The position numbers and the translations under genes are program-made. From the NCBI GenBank assembly GCA_039794265.1, contig JBDIVR010000002.1:145146-209145 (forward strand): a stretch of DNA of 64,000 bases, read 5' to 3'. Below, in pieces: positions 51,381 through 57,905 of this stretch. Each line of letters begins with the position of its first letter. Position 1 is the stretch's first letter. A model generated the notes under the pieces. The model saw nothing but the letters and a program-made list of their open reading frames with translations, ran no database searches and was not told where the DNA came from. The stretch comes from Myxococcota bacterium. GTDB taxonomy: Bacteria; Myxococcota_A; UBA9160; PR03.

Positions 51381-51470
51381 GTGGGAAGCGTCGTGAAATG
51401 GCGTCGAAAGAAGATGCGCAAGCACAAGAAGCGCAAGCTTCTGAAGCGCCAGCGCCACAAGCGGAAGTAG
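51381..51470 (+). CDS. 29-aa ORF matching the ribosomal micro-protein bS22 family (AURKAIP1/COX24-like)
   Basis: Hand translation gives (GTG)MGSVVKWRRKKMRKHKKRKLLKRQRHKRK, ending at a stop codon. GGAG lies 6 nt upstream and a strong terminator lies about 60 nt downstream. It resembles actinobacterial bS22 as I recall it (MGSVIKKRRKRM.KKKHRKLL..TR.QRR). Confidence 0.7.
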   Translation: MGSVVKWRRKKMRKHKKRKLLKRQRHKRK

Positions 51471-51531
51471 TCCGGCCGCGCCCGCCGGGCGGTCTCCCGT
51501 CCGTCGCATCCTCGGACATCCCTCCTCCTCG

Positions 51532-51569
51532 CCGGTCTGCGGGCCCCGTGCCCGCTGGCCGGTTTTTTT
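51532..51569 (+). terminator. Rho-independent terminator
   Basis: CCGGUCU-GCGGGC-CCCGU-GCCCGC-UGGCCGG stem-loop followed by T7 (51563-51569). Confidence 0.6.
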
Positions 51570-51690
51570 CGTCGATCGACGGCGCCGATCGGGTCCTCGA
51601 ACTCGCCGATTCGCGCCCCCGTCGGAGGCGAAAACGCCTTTCGGGCTGCAGCTCCGATCCTCATCACTTTGATTTTATGACGCTTATTTC

Positions 51691-51719
51691 TTGACTCACG
51701 TTTGCGGACGGTGTAAGGG
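51691..51719 (+). promoter_or_regulatory. Candidate promoter in the locally AT-richer stretch
   Basis: TTGACT (51691-51696), a 17-nt spacer, then TAAGGG (51714-51719). The -10 element is a poor match. Pattern only. Confidence 0.2.
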
Positions 51720-52009
51720 TGACTCGCAAGAACGGCTGTAGGGCCGCGGATTGTGGACACATCGACGGTCGAATCTCATGGATTTTGCCGTCAAGTCGCC
51801 GGTGCCAGTGCCCGATGAGGGGCGGAAGATTCCCAAGGGAATTGTTCCCGAGGGAGCTGGAGCCTGGCGGCGTGGACGCAAGGCTCCCGTCGGAGACGGC
51901 GGGAGATCGGATCGGGAACGGGAACCAGGTCTCGACTGTGGTCTCGACCGTAGTTTTCGTTTCCGCGCCACTGCGGCGCCAGGCCACGAACAGGGGGGGA
52001 ACCCAGGTT

Positions 52010-52114
52010 ATGGCAGCTCGACGCAAGAAGAAGGCGGCCTCGAAGAAGGCCTCTCGCAAGAAGGCCGGAACGAAGAAGGCCGCACGGAAGAAGGCCCGGC
52101 GGAAGTCGGCGTAG
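52010..52114 (+). CDS. 34-aa Lys/Ala-rich highly basic micro-protein (histone H1-like composition)
   Basis: MAARRKKKAASKKASRKKAGTKKAARKKARRKSA. Codon use is AAG/GCC-biased like the real genes here, and a terminator-like hairpin follows. An in-frame upstream ATG at 51815 would give 99 aa, but that part has poor codon usage. Confidence 0.4.
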   Translation: MAARRKKKAASKKASRKKAGTKKAARKKARRKSA

Positions 52115-52157
52115 CCGACTCTCGCTGCCTTAGGCCTTTCTTTCGGAAGGGTCTGGG

Positions 52158-52200
52158 ACCCCGGCCGGCGCCTCGTGCGTCGGCCGGGGTTTCCTCTTTC
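52158..52200 (+). terminator. Terminator-like hairpin
   Basis: CCCCGGCCG...CGGCCGGGG 9-bp stem (extendable through the loop), followed by the T-rich TTTCCTCTTTCT. Confidence 0.45.
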
Positions 52201-52295
52201 TGCCGAGGGATCGGGTCGCTCGACGGGACACGCTCGCCGGCTCCGTTATCTTCCGCTCGACCGAAGGACCGCTTCGCCTGCCAGGAGGCCCGCAG

Positions 52296-52499
52296 ATGGC
52301 ACGTATTACCGTTGAAGATTGCATCGAGCGGGTTCCGAACCGCTTCCATCTGGTTCAGATGGCGACGATCCGCGCCAAGCAGCTCAAGCGCGGGTCCGGC
52401 TCGCTGATCCCGAGAGGCGAGAACAAGGAAGTGGTGACGGCGCTGCGGGAGATCGCCGCCGGCTACGTCAAGCCCGACTATCCGCAGCCGCCCGAGTAG
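52296..52499 (+). CDS. rpoZ: DNA-directed RNA polymerase subunit omega
   Basis: [30 protein letters not shown]; RBS AGGAGG. Confidence 0.93.
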   Translation: MARITVEDCIERVPNRFHLVQMATIRAKQLKRGSGSLIPRGENKEVVTALREIAAGYVKPDYPQPPE

Positions 52500-52528
52500 G
52501 CGCAGCGCCGCGTCAGGCGATCGGCTGG

Positions 52529-53821
52529 TCAGGCGATCAACTGGACGGGAATCCGGAAGCTGAACGTGGTGCCGGATCCCACTTCGCTCCGGACCTCGAT
52601 CGATCCGCCGAGCAGCTGGATCAGATCCCGGACGAGCGTGAGGCCGAGACCCGACCCGCGGTACTTGGCGGAAGCGAGTTCGTCGACCTGGTAGAACTCG
52701 TCGAAGATGAACTGCTGGTCGTCCGGGCAGATCCCGATCCCGGAGTCCTTGATCTCGCCGTAGAGGGCGCCGCCTGCAACCCGGGCCGAGATCCCGATGC
52801 GCCCCTGCTGGGTGAACTTTGCGGCGTTGTCGAGCAGCAGGAAGAGGATCTGATTGATCTTGGCGAGGTCGGTCCGGAGCTTCGGAAGCGGCTCCTCGAA
52901 CCGCTTCTCGATCGTGACGGGATTGTTCCCGATCGTGTCCTGCACGCTGAAGATGGCCTCCTCCACCACTTCCCGGAAGTTCACGTCGGCGAGTTCCACC
53001 GGCATCTCTCCCTGCTTGATCCGCCACAGATCGAGGATGTTCTGGAGGGTGCGGAGGAACGCGGTCCCGTCATCGAGAGCGTGGCGCAGGGCCTGCTGGG
53101 CACTTTCGGACAGCACATCGTTCTCGCCGGCCAGCACGGCGATGATCGACTCGATGATGCTGTTGAGCGGTGTGCGTAGCTCTCGAGACATCTTCTCGAT
53201 GAAGTCACTCTTGAGCTTCTCGACCTGGCCGAGTCGTTCCTGGCTGCGCAGCAACTCGACATCCTGGGCGAACAGCGCCTCGGAGAGCTTGAGCACTTCG
53301 TCGCTCTTCTCGTCGACGCCCCGTTCCATTTCGGCCACGCGGCTGCGGAGCTGCTCGAGCTCGTCGGCATCGCGGCTGAGTGCGAGTCGAGCCGTCAGGG
53401 CCTCGGCGGCCAGCTCGACGATCTGTGCGGACGAACCCGTCGGGGCGACCGGCGTGGCCACGACGAGAACCCCGAGGACCAAGCCGTCGTTCGCGAGCGG
53501 GAGCACGGAGAGTCCGCCAGCGCCGCGTCCGCCGAGAGCGGGTAGGGCGGGGCGGAGGCTCGGCCGCGCGTCGCGAGCGGCCTCCTGCACCGCCGGCAGG
53601 ATGTCCTCGGCGGCACTCCGCGCCGCTTCGGGAGAGGCGACGCCCGCGGCCGTACGGAGCCGGAGACCGCCAGCTTCGCCGTCGCGCGCGAAGAGCAGCA
53701 CGCTGCCGTTGCTGGCGCCTGCGACGCGCGTGACGGCCATGCGCAGCGCAGCGGCGATCTCCGCTCGCCCCCGCCCGCCGTCCGTATCTCCGTGATTCAG
53801 GGCCTGCGCCGCAGTCGTCAC
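52529..53821 (-). CDS. GAF - HisKA - HATPase_c sensor kinase-like protein with Arg at the phospho-acceptor position
   Basis: N-terminal GAF-like region, and an H-box that reads FIEKMSRELRTPLNSI (canonical SHELRTPL). It has an N-box (LLLDNAAKFT), G1 (DSGIGI), F-box (IFDEFYQ) and G2 (GSGLGLTLV). Confidence 0.88.
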   Translation of the reverse strand: MTTAAQALNHGDTDGGRGRAEIAAALRMAVTRVAGASNGSVLLFARDGEAGGLRLRTAAGVASPEAARSAAEDILPAVQEAARDARPSLRPALPALGGRGAGGLSVLPLANDGLVLGVLVVATPVAPTGSSAQIVELAAEALTARLALSRDADELEQLRSRVAEMERGVDEKSDEVLKLSEALFAQDVELLRSQERLGQVEKLKSDFIEKMSRELRTPLNSIIESIIAVLAGENDVLSESAQQALRHALDDGTAFLRTLQNILDLWRIKQGEMPVELADVNFREVVEEAIFSVQDTIGNNPVTIEKRFEEPLPKLRTDLAKINQILFLLLDNAAKFTQQGRIGISARVAGGALYGEIKDSGIGICPDDQQFIFDEFYQVDELASAKYRGSGLGLTLVRDLIQLLGGSIEVRSEVGSGTTFSFRIPVQLIA

Positions 53822-53830
53822 CTGGCACTC

Positions 53831-54979
53831 CTAGAAACGCTCGTCGGACTCCAGCTCGAGGCGCTCGAGCGGCTGCTCCCCGAGTGCGGAGCCCTCCACC
53901 TCGACGGCGCCCTCGAGCGAGAGCCGGGTCTGGAAATCCGTCGGATTCGATGCCGCTGCGAGCGCCGTCTCCACGGTGATCTTGTTGGCCCGCACGAGAT
54001 CGAAGAGATGCTGGTCGAAGGTCTGCATCCCATCGCTGCGGCTGCGCGCGATGTGATCGACGATCTCGTGGGTGCGGGCGGGGTCCTTGATGCACTCCTG
54101 GATGCTGCGCGTGCTGCGCATGATCTCGACGGCGGGCACCCGGCTGGTCTGCTTCTTGTTCACCAGCAGGCGCAGCGAGACGACGGCTTTCAGGTTCTCG
54201 GCGAGGCGCGCTCTCACCTGGGTCTGCTCCTCGGTGGGGAAGAACGAGACCAGGCGATTCACGGTGGACGCGACGTCGTTGGTATGGATCGTCGAAAAGA
54301 CCAGATGGCCGGTTTCCGCCGCCTTGAGCGACGTGTCGACGGTGAGCAGATCCCGCATTTCGCCGACCATGATCACGTCGGGATCCTGCCGGAGTGCGGC
54401 GCGCAGCGCGTCCGGGAAGGATCCCGTGTCGGTTCCGACCTCCCGCTGCGTGATGATGCTCTTGTCGTGCGTGAAGACGAACTCGATCGGATCCTCGACT
54501 GTGACGATCTTGGCCTTCCGGTGCTTGTTCACTTCCTGGATCATCGTGGCCAACGTCGTGGACTTGCCCTGGCCGGTCGCGCCGGTGACCAGGACGTAGC
54601 CGCGCTTGACCTGGGCGAGATCGCGAAGCACGTGCGGGAGATTGAGATCGTCGAACGTGCGGATCTGCAGCGGGATCACGCGCAGCACGATGCTGAAGAA
54701 GCGACGCTGCCGGGAGATGTTGACGCGGAAGCGCCCCTCGCCGGGGAGTTCGAAGGCCAGATCGAGCTCGCTGAAATCCATCGCCTCCTGCCGGGGGTCT
54801 CCCTCCAGCAGGATGCGTGCAATTTCCTCGGTGTCCTTGGGGGTGAGAACTTTGTAGCGGAGCTCGACCAGATCGCCGTTGAAGCGATACAGCGGCAGAT
54901 ATCCCACCTGGAAGTGGATATCCGAAGCCCCCTTCTCGAGTCCGAGGCGGAGGAGGCGGTACAGCTTCTCCCGTTCCAT
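53831..54979 (-). CDS. pilT: Type IV pilus retraction ATPase PilT family
   Basis: ATG at 54979 gives MEREKLYRLLRLGLEKGASDIHF, Walker A (VTGATGQGKSTT), the Asp box (DPIEF), Walker B (PDVIMVGEMRD) and the His box (GHLVFSTIHT). Whether it is PilT, PilU or another paralog is undetermined. Confidence 0.9.
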   Translation of the reverse strand: MEREKLYRLLRLGLEKGASDIHFQVGYLPLYRFNGDLVELRYKVLTPKDTEEIARILLEGDPRQEAMDFSELDLAFELPGEGRFRVNISRQRRFFSIVLRVIPLQIRTFDDLNLPHVLRDLAQVKRGYVLVTGATGQGKSTTLATMIQEVNKHRKAKIVTVEDPIEFVFTHDKSIITQREVGTDTGSFPDALRAALRQDPDVIMVGEMRDLLTVDTSLKAAETGHLVFSTIHTNDVASTVNRLVSFFPTEEQTQVRARLAENLKAVVSLRLLVNKKQTSRVPAVEIMRSTRSIQECIKDPARTHEIVDHIARSRSDGMQTFDQHLFDLVRANKITVETALAAASNPTDFQTRLSLEGAVEVEGSALGEQPLERLELESDERF

Positions 54980-55188
54980 CGGCGGTGTCGTCCTCCCCGG
55001 GGTCCGGCGCCTCGCGCGCGTCGGGGTCCGAACGTTCCTATCGGCGGTTCCGGGATGTGCTTGACCGAGCGGCCTCGGGTCGAACGGAACGCCTGGCCCC
55101 GTTCGTTGGGCTATCGTTCCGCCCGCCACGGGCTCCGCGAGCGCCGGGGTGCGGATTCCAGTCCCCTCTCGAACCCGGGTTCTGCAGC

Positions 55189-55737
55189 ATGCCCTTCCTT
55201 CGGCCGCGCTTCCCGGTCCTGCTGGCGCTGATGGCGATCGGCCTCGATCTCCCAGTCCAGACCCGGATTGCCGCCGCGCAATCTCCGCCGTCCGGGGAGC
55301 CGGCGACCACCGGCCAGGTCGGTCTCGACCAGCTCTTGAAGCTTCCCGACTCGCTAGACTTCGATGTCGAACGGCGCGGCGGCCGAACCCGCCTCGAGTG
55401 GCGCGCGCTGTTCGAAGAGGCGCAGAGCAGCGTCGACGAAGCGAAGGAAGGCCTGTCCGACGCGCAGGCGCGTCTCTCGCGAGTCGCGGGACGCAGCGAC
55501 AACTGGAACATGGCTCCGCCCGGGCTGCCGGTCGAATCGGCCGAGGACAATCCGGATACGCGCGCGCTCCGCGAGGAGATCGCCCGCTGGAGAGCCGAGA
55601 TCAGTCGCGCCGAAGCGCGGCAGCGCGAGATCACGATCGAGGCGAGTCTCGCCGGAGTTCCCGAGGATTGGCGCAGTTCGCGCCTCCCCGCCGGCTCCCG
55701 CGATGCGCCGGCCCGCGAAGGGGAACTCGCACGTTAG
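55189..55737 (+). CDS. Hypothetical secreted coiled-coil protein
   Basis: Signal peptide (MPFLRPRFPVLLALMAIGLDLPVQTRIAAAQ) followed by a charged helical region. I recognise no family. Confidence 0.5.
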   Translation: MPFLRPRFPVLLALMAIGLDLPVQTRIAAAQSPPSGEPATTGQVGLDQLLKLPDSLDFDVERRGGRTRLEWRALFEEAQSSVDEAKEGLSDAQARLSRVAGRSDNWNMAPPGLPVESAEDNPDTRALREEIARWRAEISRAEARQREITIEASLAGVPEDWRSSRLPAGSRDAPAREGELAR

Positions 55738-55807
55738 TCGGCGACCGGGACGCGCCTCGACGGCACGCAGCTCCGCCGCTAGCTTCCGGCGCCGCTGGGA
55801 GGAGTTC

Positions 55808-56011
55808 ATGGCGCAGCAAGCCGGTTCATCGTCGTCCCCCAACCTGACCGAGAACCTGACCGAGAACCAGAACGGGAAGGTCGGCTCGGCGGCCGGCGGG
55901 ACGGTCGACGCCGTTTCCGTGCTCTATGTGATCGGCGGCATCCCCGCGATCCTCGCGTTCCTGGTCCTGCTCTTTGCCGTGGGCGTCCGCGTCTGCGGAC
56001 TCCCTGCCTGA
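55808..56011 (+). CDS. Hypothetical 67-aa single-pass membrane protein
   Basis: Strong RBS GGGAGGAG. The N-terminus is polar (PNLTENLTENQNG) and the C-terminus has a TM helix (VLYVIGGIPAILAFLVLLFAVGV). Confidence 0.45.
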   Translation: MAQQAGSSSSPNLTENLTENQNGKVGSAAGGTVDAVSVLYVIGGIPAILAFLVLLFAVGVRVCGLPA

Positions 56012-56155
56012 GAGAGTTCCCGCCCGTGCCTTCCTGCTCGTCCAGCTGCCTGCTCGGTGGCCCTGCGCACGGAATGCCGTTCCCCGGAGGCTCCTCGGCC
56101 CCTCTCCCCGGTTCGACTCTCAACTGAGGTCCCTCGCCGACCGATTCAACGAGCG

Positions 56156-56893
56156 ATGGTCTCGAAGAACCGGATCCGGAATCGACTGGCAGCGGTCCCG
56201 ATGATCGGCTTCAGCCTCCTTCTCGGCTGCGCCCGAGTCCCGCTCGTCGACCTGCCCGCGTCGTACTCCTACTTTTCCGTGCCCGCCGCCGACGACCCTT
56301 GGTCGCCGAAGATCTCTCGATGGCAGGAGCGCGAGCGCGCCACCAGTGGCTCCGATGTGCTCTCCGCGCCGTCCATGGTCGCGTCGGGCCCGGAGAGCAG
56401 GGAGCCTGCCGATGCGGAGGATCTCCGCACCAAGTACCTCCGCTTCCATGCGGAGCGCAAACGCGCCACCGCGCGCGACCTCGCCAGTTGGATCCAGGAG
56501 CAGTCGAAGATCCACTACATCCCGGACGGCGTCATCGATCGCTGGGCGACGCTCGAGAGCACGCTGGCGCGAAACGGGGATGATTGCGACGGCCTCGAGC
56601 TGCTGTCGTTCTACCTGCTCCGCGAGCTCGGCTTCCGCGACGACGAGGTCTACCGCGCGATCGTCATGCGTCCCAGCGATGGGCAGCATCACATGGTGAC
56701 GCTGTGGTTCGAGCAGCGCGGGGATCCCTGGGTCATCGACCCCACCGGCGCCATGACGAGCGGCATGCCGCGCATGTCGGAGGTCCCGGACTGGGTGCCG
56801 GTCAAGCTTTTCTCCGAAAGCGAGCACTTCACAGTCCGCCCCACCTCGGGCGCGCGCTCGTCGCTGTTGGCAGGATCTCCCCTCCCGCGCTGA
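56156..56893 (+). CDS. Lipoprotein with a transglutaminase-like cysteine peptidase domain (BTLCP/LapG-like, Peptidase_C93-like)
   Basis: Lipobox (SLLLGC). RWATLESTLARNGDDCDGLELLSFYLLRELGF...GQHHMVTLWF...WVIDPT aligns with the Cys-His-Asp pattern of LapG-type BTLCPs as I recall it. Confidence 0.65.
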   Translation: MVSKNRIRNRLAAVPMIGFSLLLGCARVPLVDLPASYSYFSVPAADDPWSPKISRWQERERATSGSDVLSAPSMVASGPESREPADAEDLRTKYLRFHAERKRATARDLASWIQEQSKIHYIPDGVIDRWATLESTLARNGDDCDGLELLSFYLLRELGFRDDEVYRAIVMRPSDGQHHMVTLWFEQRGDPWVIDPTGAMTSGMPRMSEVPDWVPVKLFSESEHFTVRPTSGARSSLLAGSPLPR

Positions 56894-56942
56894 GACGCGG
56901 CCCCCCGAGTCGAGTACCCTGCGCCGCGGGAGGATCCTCTCG

Positions 56943-57902
56943 ATGGCCCCGGTCCGACTCGTCGCCGCGGATGAGCGCATGCACGCCAACACCGGTGAGC
57001 CGCACTTCAACGAGAGCATGTACTTCAACTTCTTCGACGAACGCCAGCGGCTGGGCGGGTTCGTTCGGCTCGGAAACCGGCCCAACGAGGGCCATGCCGA
57101 GACGACGATCTGTCTCTACCAACCCGACGGCAGCGTCCTGTTCAACTACAAACGCGCTCCGATCGCCGACAACTCCCGTTTCGATGCCGGAGGGATGCGC
57201 TTCGCCGTCGACGAGCCTTTCGAGCGCCTGCACGTCTCCTACGGGGGCAAGGCGTGTCTGCTCCGGGATCCGATGGCGATGGCGGAACCCGGCCGTGCCT
57301 TTCGGGAGAACCCGTTCGTGCCGGTGGCGCTCGACCTCGAGATCAGCGGCGTCGGGCCGATGTTCGGCGGCGAGCCGAGCGAGCCGCGCCCGGACGACAT
57401 GGAGTTCGCGCGCGGGCACTACGAGCAGCACCACCGCGCCGTGGGCCGTCTCGAGGTCGACGGCGATCGCTTCGGGGTGGATGGCCACGGGCTCCGGGAC
57501 CACTCGTGGGGGCCGCGCTCCTGGCAGGCGCCGGCATCCTACCGCTGGCTGACTGCGAACTTCGGATCGGAGTTCGGCTTCATGGGCAGCTGGATCCTCC
57601 GGCCGGACGGCACCGAGACGCGCGGGGGCTTCGTGCATCGGGGACGTAGCCTGACCCTCGTGAAGGACGTCCGGATCGAGACTGCGTTCAGCGGACCGGA
57701 GGGCGTGCACGAGTCGCTCCGGGCGACGCTCTCGTGCGTCGATGGATCGACGCTCGAGGTGGACGGACGCGTGCTTTCGCTGATCCCGCTCCGCAACCGT
57801 CGCGATGGCAAGCTGACGCGGATCAGTGAGGGAATGACCGAATGGCAGTGCGAGGGACGGATCGGATTCGGCTTGTCCGAATACCTCGACCAGATCGCGT
57901 GA
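56943..57902 (+). CDS. Hypothetical protein (319 aa, cytoplasmic, beta-rich)
   Basis: Coding-like ORF. The GLRDHSWGPRSW motif is reminiscent of CrtC/AttH-like hydratase-fold proteins, but I cannot place the family with confidence. Confidence 0.55.
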   Translation: MAPVRLVAADERMHANTGEPHFNESMYFNFFDERQRLGGFVRLGNRPNEGHAETTICLYQPDGSVLFNYKRAPIADNSRFDAGGMRFAVDEPFERLHVSYGGKACLLRDPMAMAEPGRAFRENPFVPVALDLEISGVGPMFGGEPSEPRPDDMEFARGHYEQHHRAVGRLEVDGDRFGVDGHGLRDHSWGPRSWQAPASYRWLTANFGSEFGFMGSWILRPDGTETRGGFVHRGRSLTLVKDVRIETAFSGPEGVHESLRATLSCVDGSTLEVDGRVLSLIPLRNRRDGKLTRISEGMTEWQCEGRIGFGLSEYLDQIA

Positions 57903-57905
57903 GGA

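Noticed and set aside
51720-52009. Riboswitch-like fragments: GCCACUG (cobalamin B12-box-like, about 51967-51973) and ACGGCGGGA plus CCCGAGGGAG (ykkC-family-like, about 51849-51905).
   Set aside because: These are only short isolated matches. The surrounding consensus elements and helices (for example the ykkC P3 GGG...CCC, or the cobalamin GGUG..AAUCC) are missing. The downstream genes are not of the kinds these riboswitches regulate.
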